Both the position numbers and the translations under genes were made by a program. A stretch of DNA of 63,957 nucleotides, the filler included, from Octopus bimaculoides (Eukaryota), in NCBI RefSeq assembly GCF_001194135.2. It is 8 parts of 7 records of this genome, joined end to end, with 100 filler letters (N's around TTAATTAATTAA, not from the genome) between each part and the next. Parts side by side here need not be neighbours in the genome. Positions count along the whole stretch, not along the records: positions 47,619 to 54,005 come from NC_068999.1; positions 54,106 to 61,112 come from NC_068984.1; positions 61,213 to 62,617 come from NW_026428232.1; positions 62,718 to 63,957 come from NW_026349835.1; 4 more parts are not named here. The stretch is one strand, 5' to 3'. Below, in pieces: positions 49,891 to 62,729 of this stretch (positions are counted from its first letter, which is position 1; each line of letters starts with the position of its first letter). A model generated the notes under the pieces. That model was given only the letters and a program-made list of their open reading frames with translations. It was not told the DNA's origin and made no database searches.

Positions 49891-49930
<40 letters not shown>

Positions 49931-50091
49931 NNNNNNNNNNNNNNNNNNNNNNNNNNNNNNNNNNNNNNNNNNNNNNNNNNNNNNNNNNNNNNNNNNNNNN
50001 NNNNNNNNNNNNNNNNNNNNNNNNNNNNNNNNNNNNNNNNNNNNNNNNNNNNNNNNNNNNNNNNNNNNNNNNNNNNNNNNNNNNNNNNNNT

Positions 50092-50128
<37 letters not shown>

Positions 50129-50208
50129 TAAAAATATATAAAGAACATTAATATCATCAGATATACCAATGTTAGTGGCCGCAGGCTAAAACCGTATAGA
50201 GAGAATTA

Positions 50209-50241
<33 letters not shown>

Positions 50242-50349
50242 TGAAGGGCACTTCTTTTAAAAACACCAGCTTTGCTAAAAATAGCTGTCTAAACACTCCG
50301 AAGCCACAAAAATTAATTACATGTATGTGTGTGCGTGTTAAGTACATAT

Positions 50350-50475
50350 TTCTTTCTGATTCTGTCTACCAAATCCAGTCAGAAGACTCGACCAAGTAAA
50401 AGATGCACAGTGGATGAACGTAAAACCTCATGTTTGAGAATAATGTTTCTCTAACACACAGCCACTCTTGCCTAA
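50350..50475 (-). mobile_element. Old SINE family B head
   Basis: Reverse complement aggcaagagtggctgtgtg...ggatttggtagacagaatcagaaagaa. Confidence 0.6.
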
Positions 50476-50750
50476 AATTGAGGGAATAACTCTAGCAGAT
50501 TACTTTGCCCAAAATTGGCAGAACTTCTAATTTTAAACTTCATTTATACACAACTCCGTGAGCAATGTCGTCAAGAGACTTGAAAAACTAACTTCCTGCT
50601 TTAGGCTAAGGTGAATGTATGTGGAGAATACGCAGCATCTGAAGAACTTGCATTTAAGACATCCGTTTCTATCGCTCAAAATTCAGAAGAGTCACGAAAG
50701 TTATCGGTTCATTCCGTTTTATCGTCCGTTTTTTTTCTTTTTTCTGGCAG

Positions 50751-50838
50751 ACTTTTGAATAATTTTGCATTCTCAAGAAAAACTTTCCTGAAGAACAAGA
50801 TGGAAAGCTTGAAATTGTTTAGTGGGGTCGACATTTAA
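50751..50838 (+). CDS. Candidate terminal exon (phase 2): RLLNNFAFSRKTFLKNKMESLKLFSGVDI*
   Basis: Very strong acceptor ccgttttttttcttttttctggcag; the other frames stop within 4 codons. Confidence 0.25.
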
Positions 50839-50961
50839 TGACGTCAGTAGCCTAATTAGCGTCAGCATAGGTAATTATGTTTACCCAACCCTCAAACCGA
50901 TTTTGTGTGTTCCATCTGTTTATGTACGTTTTTTTCGTCTTAGAAGCCGATAAACTAATCC

Positions 50962-52849
50962 CATATGCGAGTATAACATCGTAAAAAAAAAGGCTCACTG
51001 CAAGTGTATATATAAAATGTTGAACATCAATACAGTCAGAGATTTCTATGCTCAATTTTTACTGAAATGGCCACTCGATACCTTATACTGTAGTAACAGG
51101 TATGAGGCCCGCAATTTTGCGGGAAGGTGTGTAGGTTATTACATAGATTACCTAGTCCTCAACTGGTACTTATTGTATATATACTCCGAAAGGATGCAAG
51201 GAAAAGTCGACCTACGTGGAACTTGAACTCAGAACACGAAGACACACGAAATGTTCCGTAAAATTTTGCTCGAAGTGGCAACCAAACCGTTAGTTCACCG
51301 CTTTCGAAATCGATAAAATAGTCCTGGGATGAAATATCCCCTGGGGTGATATGAGTGACCAAATCTTTCAAGACGGCTGTTCGGTGTGAAAGACTAGTAA
51401 ATTATGCACCACAAACTGGCAAGATATTCAAAGAATGTTGGTGTGTGAATAATATTTTGTAACATACATGTTTGTTTATCTATACTGGCTTCAAATTTTG
51501 GCACATGACTTGCAAGTTGAGGGGAGCGGGTAAGTCGATTACATTGACCCAGAGCATAACAAAGGATGAAACGCAAATGCGACCAGAACTCAAGGATGGA
51601 CGAAATGCTGCAAAGCTAACGATTCTGGCAAAACTCACCTTATGTTGTTTATCTATATCCAACACTCCCCACCCATGTAGTAAATATGAATATTATTCGA
51701 TGGTCGAAATTTGTCTTGATTTGTTATAGAGTCTTCACACAATTATTTAATATGGACACACGGATGTTATTCTATGGCATAAACATATATTGATTATCTT
51801 CATTGTCTGCACACATGTTGTAAATGCTCCCATGTGGTTGTGATTTGGTAATCTAAAGGTATTTTGTTTATATCGTCTTCATACATGTAGTAAACAGAGT
51901 CGTGTAAACGTTATTCTGTAATCAAAGATTACGCTGAATATATTGTCACCAAATAAGGAACAAGTATGACCACACCAACGTTATTTGATAGAGTAAATGT
52001 ATGTTCAGTAAATGTGGTAATGTAAATATTATTTTATAGCCTAAGAGTATACTGATGAACTTCCCTGGGAAATGTTCTTCAATTATTTTTACTCAGTGAA
52101 CTGTAAATTTTTTTTAATATAAAACATCGACTTGTCTAGATTAATATCTTCCTTCCATTCGACATTTCATGAGTGTACTGAATAAATTTTATCTTATTTC
52201 AAACACATCCTACACCTTGCTGCATATTGAAATAACAATCTTTTTATATAGGTGTAAAGGTGGATGGTAGGAGAATGGGATAGACGTCTACTCGATTCTC
52301 TTTGATATTATATTGTCTGCAGCAGCTAATATGTTGAATCATGGGAAATTCAAAAGGTAGACACACCATAACTACCTGCGTGTCTATCGCAAAGACAGAA
52401 AGCATCAATATTTGCCATTGTTTCACCAAGTGTACATTAAAAAGAATATTATATCTGCGTGTGTATATATGTATATATATATAAGTATATATATAGAGAG
52501 AGAGCGATAGACGGAGGGTCAGACAGACAGCCAGTCTATATACATATAGACACACAGACACACACACACACACACACACATGAACACATGTATATGTATA
52601 TGTATACATCGAAAACGAAGCAAGAACAAGGAAAGAACACTGTCCAATGTACGTCCAAAATACGTAATTAGCTTGATGCTGAATCAAAAGAAGAATTATT
52701 GAGTGAAAGCTAGATTGTAACAGTATAAGGTATCGAGTGGCAATTTCAGTAAACATTGAGCATAGAAATCTCTGACTGTATTGATGTTCAACATTTTATA
52801 TATACACTTGCAGTGAGCCTTTTTTTTTACGATGTTATACTCGCATATG
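50962..52849. repeat. 130-bp inverted duplication (50962-51091 / 52720-52849), 128/130 identical
   Basis: catatgcgagtataacatcg...cgataccttatactgt versus its reverse complement; two mismatches; 1628-bp spacer. Confidence 0.95.
51101..51640 (-). mobile_element. Two very old SINE family A copies (51101-51303, 51492-51640)
   Basis: aaggatgcaaggaaaagtcgacct..ttgaactcagaac; taagtcgattacattgaccc..gctaacgattctggca. Confidence 0.6.
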
Positions 52850-53420
52850 TGTGCAAATCAGTGTATAAACTAATATCTTTTTGGGTCAATCTGGCACCAT
52901 ATACAAGGTATTAGCTACAGTTTTGTGCAATTCGTAAAAGTAATGTATGCAGTTGGTCTCGTCTTGAATGGCAAACGTATTGAACATAACCAATCAAATA
53001 ATCGGATATTCGAATCTTTTTCGTTCAATAGTGTTATATATTAGACAAAACTAGTATTACATATGTATACGTACACACACACATTCATATATATGTATAT
53101 ATATATATATATNNNNNNNNNNNNNNNNNNNNNNNNNNNNNNNNNNNNNNNNNNNNNNNNNNNNNNNNNNNNNNNNNNNNNNNNNNNNNNNNNNNNNNNN
53201 NNNNNNNNNNNNNNNNNNNNNNNNNNNNNNNNNNNNNNNNNNNNNNNNNNNNNNNNNNNNNNNNNNNNNNNNNNNNNNNNNNNNNNNNNNNNNNNNNNNN
53301 NNNNNNNNNNNNNNNNNNNNNNNNNNNNNNNNNNNNNNNNNNNNNNNNNNNNNNNNNNNNNNNNNNNNNNNNNNNNNNNNNNNNNNNNNNNNNNNNNNNN
53401 NNNNNNNNNNNNNNNNNNNN

Positions 53421-53475
<55 letters not shown>

Positions 53476-53963
53476 ATATATGTATGTACGCATGAATATA
53501 TGTATTAGAAAATGCTGTGTAAGCATGATACTTATCACCGTTTTTACACAGATGCACAGGGGCATAAAATAATTTACGCCGGTAGGAAAATAAACACCAT
53601 ATTCATGCATACGCGCATAAACGCTACCACAGACACTTACACACACACGCCCATATATATATATATAAGTTTATATTTTTATACAGATGATTATTTAATT
53701 ATCATATGCATTTGTGAGATAAACAGAGCCAATTGTTTGATGTTGTACAATAAAATATCTCCATCAGCGAATCAGAGAATAATCAGTTGTTGAGTTCATG
53801 TCATTAATGGAAGGACATTAATGGAGCCTGGTTAAATGCTACATGCATGAATCAAACATGTCTCTACAACAACTTATAGGCAGGTTATACATGAATATAT
53901 ATATATATACATATATGTATATGTATGTATGTATGTATGTGCGAGAATGTCTGTGTGTAGCGC

Positions 53964-54005
<42 letters not shown>

Positions 54006-54137
54006 NNNNNNNNNNNNNNNNNNNNNNNNNNNNNNNNNNNNNNNNNNNNTTAATTAATTAANNNNNNNNNNNNNNNNNNNNNNNNNNNNNNNNNNNNNNN
54101 NNNNNCAGGTATTCCTCGTCGACGCCCAGATAGATAA

Positions 54138-54190
<53 letters not shown>

Positions 54191-54733
54191 CAAACAGACA
54201 GGCAGGCAGACAGATATACACACACCGACACATATGTCTTACGCACATATGCACACATACATACGCGCACACACACACACAATATAGAAGTGTGATCAAT
54301 TATTGCATAAGATCTACATTAAAATCGCATGTATAAACACTAAATTAAAAGATAGGAACAGTGTGTATATATGTGACGGAGTGTATATGTGATGGTATGT
54401 ACATATATGTATGTAGGTGTGTACGTCATTATGCATATACCTATATCTGACAATTTCACATTTAAATGAACGTGTGTATGAGTGACTGCGCGTGCGTGCA
54501 TGTAGACGGAAAAATAATTGCATGTGTATATGTATATGTTTTTACAATATCTTTTTCAACATAGTCTTCTAACCATGTCTTTCCTATTATAATAATACTT
54601 TGTGTATTAAATTGTGGTTTTGAAGATAAGATTTAGTACATGCATGGCGTAAACAACACGCTCGCTGATAAATATTAAAGGGAAATTATTTGTTTTAATC
54701 CTCCTTTTATTTTTAATACTTTTGTAACATATA

Positions 54734-55110
54734 GGCGTAGGCGCGGCAATGTAGTAAGAAGCTTCTTCCCAACCAGATTCAGTCCGATTGTGTGACACCA
54801 TGGGCAAGCGCCTTCTACTATAGTCTCTGGCCGACCAAGACCTTCTGAGCGAATTTGGTAGACGGAAACTGAAAGAAACCCGTCGTGTGTGTGTGTGTGT
54901 GTGTTTATTAGTCCTCCACTATCGCTTGACAATCGATGTTGGTGTATATATTTCCCAGTAACATAAAGGTTCTGCAAAAGGGAATTAATAAATTAAATAC
55001 TGATTGTTTTTAAAGAAATAAATAATGAGGTCGATTCATTCGACTAAAATTCATCAAGGCGGTGCCCCAGTATGGCCGCAGTTTAGCGAGAGAAACAATT
55101 ATAAGATAAA
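54734..55110 (+). mobile_element. Diverged SINE family B
   Basis: ggcgtagg...tgggcaagcgccttctactatag...tttggtagacggaaactgaaagaaacccgtcg...tatggccgcag. Confidence 0.85.
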
Positions 55111-55299
55111 AGTTTAAAAAAAGATGATAAAAGAAAAACTTGGTTTTTATGNNNNNNNNNNNNNNNNNNNNNNNNNNNNNNNNNNNNNNNNNNNNNNNNN
55201 NNNNNNNNNNNNNNNNNNNNNNNNNNNNNNNNNNNNNNNNNNNNNNNNNNNNNNNNNNNNNNNNNNNNNNNNNNNNNNNNNNNNNNNNNNNNNNNTATA

Positions 55300-55590
55300 C
55301 GAGGGCAAGTCAAAAATTATCCGCACTTTCACCATAACATATCTTTATTATTGTCACACTGCTTTCTGCGCATGCGTGCTTATAGTTGGTACTATTGTGG
55401 TCTCGTGTCTCGTGATCGAAGTTTGACCCTGATCGTAGCATTTTTCTTTCTGGCTTTACAGTGTAAGCATGGCCGTTCTACTAGCAATGTGCACCAAAGA
55501 AGAACAGAGAACAGTGATCCGATCTCTCTGGTCGGAAGGTGTATCGGTTGCTGAAATTCATCGGAAGTTTTTAGCAAAGTATTCTGAAAA
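55300..55590 (+). mobile_element. Mariner 5' end remnant (TIR plus first 40 codons of transposase)
   Basis: TA|cgagggcaagtcaaaaattatccgcac TIR; MAVLLAMCTKEEQRTVIRSLWSEGVSVAEIHRKFLAKYSE matches the mariner N-terminal EQRxVIRFL...EIH motif. Confidence 0.85.
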
Positions 55591-56034
55591 ACCAATGAAA
55601 CACAATAATAGTGGGCTACAGTTCCACAGAAAATTTTATTACGACTTTGTCACTTCCATATCAAAGTTTCCCGGACCACAAACCGGTCAAACATTCCATC
55701 TCTATTTAACTATAATATCCCTGCTTTGTCTTCCGAATGAGTGGTTCCTTAATACATATAGTGTGTGCCTAATGAAAGAATTGGTATGTCAAGGTAAAGT
55801 AATATCGCTTGATGATATGGACAGAAACGATATCGATCTCATTAGAAGTTCCCTTAAAACCCAATAATCCAACATTTATTCCCCCTTTCGACACCAGGAA
55901 AACAAGATTACTACATCATTGTCTCAATATATCTTGAACCTGAAAAATAAAGTTTTATTAAACGAGAAAAATGGGCGCATGAGTTATTGAAAACGCTATA
56001 CCATCTAGTGTGTATAGATAAATATTTAATTTTT

Positions 56035-56130
56035 TACCTTTCATTTATGTCAGTCATTAGACTGCAGTCACGCTCGAGCACCGTCTTAAAGAATTTTTAG
56101 TCGAATAAATCGACCCCAGAATTTTTTTTA
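56035..56130 (-). mobile_element. SINE family B 3' tail fragment
   Basis: cagtcattagactgcagtcacgctcgagcaccgtctt...tagtcgaataaatcgaccccag. Confidence 0.7.
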
Positions 56131-56519
56131 CATGTATATATATTTATATATCTATATATCTATATATGTATGTGAATGCATATACGAATGTGTGTAGATG
56201 AAGCCTACTTTATTCTGTGTATATATGTATGTGTATATGTATTATGTATGTATACGCATAATATGAAGTGGAGTGAGAGACAGCAGGTGAATATCTGTGT
56301 ACGTATATATATGAGTATAAGTGTTGATAAGAAAATATTGAACACTTAAACAGGTGTATATACTTGCATTACAGAAGCATGTTTGCATTACACAGCAGAG
56401 ATAAACGAAGGACACAAATATTTGCATATATATATATACTTACGCATGCGCACAAAAAATATATACATGTATGTACATTGTGTATATATACGTATACACA
56501 TGCATATAGGTATGTATGT

Positions 56520-56653
56520 GCGTACGTATGTAGTTGGTAGGTAGGTACGTAGGTAGGTAGGTAGGTAGGTAGGTAGGTAGATAGGTAGGTAGGTAGGGAG
56601 GGAGGTAGGGAGGTAGGTAGGTAGGAAGGGNNNNNNNNNNNNNNNNNNNNNNN

Positions 56654-56698
<45 letters not shown>

Positions 56699-56770
56699 GC
56701 CGATTAATTGATTGATTGATGGATGGATGGATGGATGGATGGATGGATGGATGGATGGATGGATGGATGG
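56520..56770. repeat. Tetranucleotide array (GGTA)n-(GATA)n-(GGAT)n
   Basis: Direct inspection. Confidence 0.9.
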
Positions 56771-56882
56771 ACAGACGTGTGTATGTATGTACATACATGT
56801 GTATATCTCTGTGTAAAGATTCAGAAAGCAAATTTACAAATACACACACAGATATTGATATGAATATACGTGCGCGTGCGCG

Positions 56883-56915
<33 letters not shown>

Positions 56916-57238
56916 AGCTGCATTTTCATAAACACACGTACACAAACACATTCACACGTACAGTTATGCACATACACAAATGTACAAACACCTACACATA
57001 TCTATATATCCATCCATCTATCTATCTACTTATTTATCTATCTATCTATCCATCTCTCTCTCTCTCTCTCTCTCTGTATATATATATATATATAAAAGCA
57101 CATATACATATATACTTACATATAAATATATACATATACATGTATATATGTACATATATGTATATGTGTGTATGTGTGTGTGTTTGTTGTCTACACTACC
57201 TGTCTTCGTCTTTTGTTATTTTTTGAGAATTCTCCCCC

Positions 57239-57277
<39 letters not shown>

Positions 57278-57370
57278 ATATATACATTGCGAGAGACACG
57301 GATGAGCGAATATATTGTACACAATAGTAAAATGCACTAGTGCAATGTATTCCCTTTCGTTGCACGTCAG

Positions 57371-57457
57371 TACAATTGAGTACAGCTGCACTGGGCTGCA
57401 GCAAAGACGTCTGCACACGTGAGTGCAGCGCTTGCTGTATTCACTGCACGGAAGCGG
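57371..57457 (+). CDS. Candidate symmetric phase 1-1 Cys-rich exon: xQLSTAALGCSKDVCTRECSACCIHCTEAG
   Basis: ttccctttcgttgcacgtcag| 87 nt |gtgaga; six Cys; no homology recognised. Confidence 0.3.
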
Positions 57458-57948
57458 GTGAGAGTATGAAATTATATTGCAGGAACATTTGTAGACAGTC
57501 AACTGCAGTTGTCATGCCTGGCGGAGCACATAGCATATCTCATATGCAGCTTAGAATATAATATGTAACACTATACTGCAGCTGTATTATAGCCAGCGGG
57601 GGAACCCCTGGCCGGACAGTGGAGTCATTAGAAGTAACAGTCAAATCTCGTTGAAATTATAAACTGTCGTTTTGAAGTAGTGGAAAGAACAATATTAGGT
57701 TATGCAACGCCCGTCCAAACCACTACGACCATACTAATAAATGTGATAGTCACGATTGGATGACCTCTGTTCATTGGTCTTTACGACCAGGGCTGGACTT
57801 TGGCCAAACAGCAATAACAAGATGAACGATGACGTCAAAGAGAGTTTATATATGGTCATCGACCTTCGAAAAATAGCAGCTAGATATCATTCAAATCATA
57901 CTCGACCATCTTCAAAATGGAACGAAAGTACCATATTACGCATTTATT

Positions 57949-58132
57949 CGCAGGTGTGGTTGTGTGGTAAAATGTTTACTTCCCGACCACATGGTTCTGA
58001 GTTCACTCCCACTGTGTGGCACCTTGAGCAAGTGTCTTCTGTTATAGCCTCGAGACGACCAAAACCTTGTGAGTGAATTTGGTAGACGGAATCTGAAAGA
58101 AGCCCCTCGTATATACATAGGTGTGTGTGTGC

Positions 58133-58207
<75 letters not shown>

Positions 58208-58416
58208 TGTGTTTGTCCCCCCCCCACCGCTTGACAACCGGTATTGGTGTTTTTATGTCCTCATATCTTAACGGTTCTGCAAAAGGAGACTGATAAAATA
58301 AGTACCAGGCTTAAAAAGAAAATAACTACTGGGGGTCGATTAGTTCAACTAAAAAAAAAACTCCTCAAGGCAATATCCCAGCATGGTCGTAGTCTAATGA
58401 CTGAAACAAGATAAAG
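57949..58416 (+). mobile_element. Diverged SINE family B with expanded (TG)n
   Basis: gtgtggtaaaatgtttacttcccgaccacatggttctgagttcactccc...ccttgagcaagtgtcttc...gactgaaacaagataaag. Confidence 0.88.
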
Positions 58417-58444
58417 GATTCCTAATCATAAAAACTAAAGACTG

Positions 58445-58735
58445 GCACTACATCTTACACTACACACTATACCTACACTCTACACACTACATGCCAAGCT
58501 TTACACACTGCATACTGCACGCTACACGCTACACAGTGCACACAACATACTACAGAATATTTTCTACAAATTACATACTGCAGAATGCTCTCTACACGCT
58601 AAGCACAACACATTATATTGTACATGTTAGACACTACACATACGCTACACGCCACGATATACATACCACACGTTGTACATACTACACACTACATACTACA
58701 CACTACATGCAACACATTATGTACCCATACTGAAC
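58445..58735. repeat. Degenerate 7-mer-based minisatellite (ctacaca/ctacacg)
   Basis: Direct inspection. Confidence 0.75.
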
Positions 58736-58814
58736 GATACACTCTTCTTCAATCTCTCTCGCCTTCTATCCTATCACTTTCTCTTTTATCCGTCTCTCTC
58801 TCTCTTTATGTATG

Positions 58815-58858
<44 letters not shown>

Positions 58859-59175
58859 NNNNNNNNNNNNNNNNNNNNNNNNNNNNNNNNNNNNNNNNNN
58901 NNNNNNNNNNNNNNNNNNNNNNNNNNNNNNNNNNNNNNNNNNNNNNNNNNNNNNNNNNNNNNNNNNNNNNNTTTTCTTTCTATCGAATTATTCCCCTCTA
59001 TAGATCTCCGTCTACCTTTCCATGCTTTTATCTATCAATCCATATCCATCTGTATATTTATCTACCACTCTTTCATCCTCTCACTATATCTATTTCACTT
59101 TCTCGCCCCCTCTCTCTCTCCCTCTCCCTGTCTCTCTCACTTTCTCTCTTTCTCTCTTTTTCTGTCTCTCTTTCT

Positions 59176-59226
<51 letters not shown>

Positions 59227-60287
59227 CTCTGTCTCCTCCTTTCTCGTATATCAAAATAGAATTCAAATGGTCCAATAATGAATATATCAAACAACTTGAA
59301 GACCCAACAATGCCGAGTTCGATTCATCTTCGAATGTTTTCGTTTTTCATGTTGCTCATGTTGTTCTCTATCGGAGAATTTTCGAGAAACAGAAAGAAAC
59401 AGCTCAACAAAGCTGATCCCTTCTCTAAACTTCGGATCTTCTGAAATAGCAGTTTGGGCAATTTCTATTACAGCTGCTCGAACTGAACATCGACTGTGCC
59501 AGGTTCACCTGTCTATCAAAATCGTGGGCGTAACCCTCCTCTTCTGACGAAGACATACTGTTGTTCGAATCTTACCCTTTTATGAACCGTATGGCTTCAT
59601 AGGGAACAGTACTTTTTTAATGTTTTCACCAATCGAACGAAATAGATGAGAGTGACAGAGAGAGGTGAGTAGAAAGAGAGGGTAGAGAAGGTGATAAGAT
59701 AAGAGAGAGAAAGGGAGATAGCCAAGAGAGATTGCCAAGTTATAGTCTCTCAGTCACAAATGCATATCCAAAAGGTTTTAGGAGTACAACTAAGTAATAA
59801 CAGATAATACAAGATAATTAATTTTATACTTTTGGGAAGAAACCAGGGGGATATAAAGTAATTAACTTTACATTATAAAGAAAAAATGTTGGAGACTTCG
59901 GCGTTTCGGACAATTATCTGTTGTCAAGAAAAATCAGAAAAAGTAATATGAGAAAATACTATTTTTCGACAAGAACCATGTAGTTAATGAATAACATGGA
60001 AAGAGAGAAGTAAATAGAATGGAATGGTTTTTCTTAGCCCGGAGAGTGCTTTCGATCAAGGGAAATAATGTGTGAGCGTTTAGCATGTATGTGTGAGAGT
60101 GTCTGTCTGTTTTCTCAAGTCAAAGAAGATAGGATGTGAGAATGTGTTTCATTATGTGCGTGTCACTAAGCGTATATGTGTGTATAGAGCGATTTGTATG
60201 AACAAGGGTGCTTGTATATATGGTTGTACTCTTGTGTAAGTAGTGTGAGTGAAGCTTAATGGTACATGTGATAGATGGATGGTGTAT

Positions 60288-60356
<69 letters not shown>

Positions 60357-60758
60357 NNNNNNNNNNGTATGTCTGTGTGTGAAGACGGAAGGTATGGGGT
60401 TGCGATGTGCACTGGTAGGTTCCTAACGCTGTGGAGGGTTAGGTGCGAAGCAGCGTTACAAAAGCAAAACAAGGAGATTATTAATCCCAGTAGGGTGATC
60501 TGTGAATAGATGTGTGAAGGATTACACGGTCCACTGAAGGCTAGCAGTCACAATAACCACTCTTCTTGTAAAAGTGTAATATATAGATATATGTATGCAC
60601 ATGTGTATATCTGTGTGTGTATGCATGCATGTATGAATGTATGTACGTATGTATGTATGTATGTATGCATGCATGCATGTATGTATGTATGTATGTGTGT
60701 GTATGTATGTATGTATGTATGTATGTATGTATGTATGTATGTGTCTGTGGATATATGT

Positions 60759-60990
60759 GGAGGTGCGTGGCTTAATGGAATGGTTAAGGTTTTGCACTCA
60801 TGATCGTAAGAATGTGGTTTCCATCCCTGAACCGGGGGATGGCAAAACACTCCATTTCACGTTGTTTCAGTCCAATAAGCTGGAAAAAAGAAATGAGTAA
60901 TCCCGCGACGGACCGGGGTCTCGTCCAATATATAGTCCACAGAATCCGGGAAACCGGCCTTATGAGCGTATAACTCGGGAAGGACCTGAG
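60759..60990 (+). mobile_element. Old tRNA-derived SINE (same head as 18622-18754)
   Basis: ggaggtgcgtggcttaatgg...gtttccatccctgaaccggg...aaacactccatttcacgttg. Confidence 0.7.
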
Positions 60991-61254
60991 AATGCTTTTT
61001 CTCTGCTATACACACACACACATATACACACGTATATACATACACACACATACACTCGTATACACACACACACACATATATATATATAGTATATATATAT
61101 AGTATATATATANNNNNNNNNNNNNNNNNNNNNNNNNNNNNNNNNNNNNNNNNNNNTTAATTAATTAANNNNNNNNNNNNNNNNNNNNNNNNNNNNNNNN
61201 NNNNNNNNNNNNATATATATACTCACATACTTGCACACAGACACACTGACATAG

Positions 61255-61287
<33 letters not shown>

Positions 61288-61521
61288 CTTAAATCTATAT
61301 CAACATAGCTATCTATGTACCTATATATATTTTATATTCATAAATGGATATCTATATATAAGTATATATCTGTGCACATATAAACTCTCTCTATATATAT
61401 ACACACACACACTTGCGTGTGTGTGTGTGTGTTTATGTGTGTATATCTATTTATATGTTTATATGTCAGCCTGTGTATTTGTGTCTGTACGTGTATGAAT
61501 GTAGAATGTAGTATCAGCTGA

Positions 61522-61590
<69 letters not shown>

Positions 61591-62574
61591 GCATATACAT
61601 ATATATGTATGCACATGCGTGTGTGCGTTTATGTTTATATATATATTCTGTGAGGATTTTACTGATATACAAATATAAAAAGAAAAACAATCGATCAGTA
61701 AAACTACTGAATCATAGAAACGGGCAAAAAATATGAAAAATGAAAAAAATATCGTTAAAATTGTGTTGGAAACCCAATATATTTGTCAGTTGGCTAACAA
61801 AATTAAGAAATAACATTTCGACTTCGAGCGCGCGCACATACACACACGCACACACTCACACGCACACATACAATAACTAAATGTCATATGTATACATAAA
61901 TGTATTATATTGCTGAGAGTGTTAGTGTTTCAAATTTAGTGCAACATAATACTGCTGTCATATATATCTAATGGACACAGACATCATAGCCATTTTGTGA
62001 ACAAGTTATTCACGGTGTATTATATCAGTCAAGATTTCCCTTGAACCTATATCATCTCATATTATATTCTACCATTGCAATCATTAATATGCTAACTCAA
62101 GTCATCTAACTAAAACTAGAGATACAATGGTCTTTTCTCACTGTTTGTAGGCACACCCTAGCCAAATAGTTAAGACGTTCGCTTCATTTTCTATAACCTC
62201 TGTCCAACCTATATTTTTATGAGTGAAATTCGGTAGCCGGAGATTGTACAGAACCCAGTGGCTGAATTTATCTGAAATTTCAGAAGTTCTTTGTCGCACG
62301 TTACATAACGCTGATTCTTTTCAAAGGTTACGTTAAGGGTACACATGTCTGCGGAATATTCAGCCACTAGAGCATAAATTTAAGTTAATCAGACGACTGA
62401 AGTCTCAACAATTCCAGTTCATAAATAATCATATTAAATCTATATGAAAAGATATACGGATATATGATCAAGTGTTATAATCCAACAAAATCAACAAATG
62501 TATTAATATAAAATGCCGAGTCTTCTCCGAAACAAGTATAGCATATTGAGAGTAGAAGTGTTGTTTCTTTGTAT

Positions 62575-62617
<43 letters not shown>

Positions 62618-62729
62618 NNNNNNNNNNNNNNNNNNNNNNNNNNNNNNNNNNNNNNNNNNNNTTAATTAATTAANNNNNNNNNNNNNNNNNNNNNNNNNNN
62701 NNNNNNNNNNNNNNNNNGATCTATATATA

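Noticed and set aside
568-61616. Long ORF-track entries rich in X, YI/IY, CV/HT, RE/LS or poly-V/L/T
   Set aside because: They are read-throughs of N gaps and di- or trinucleotide microsatellites, not genes.
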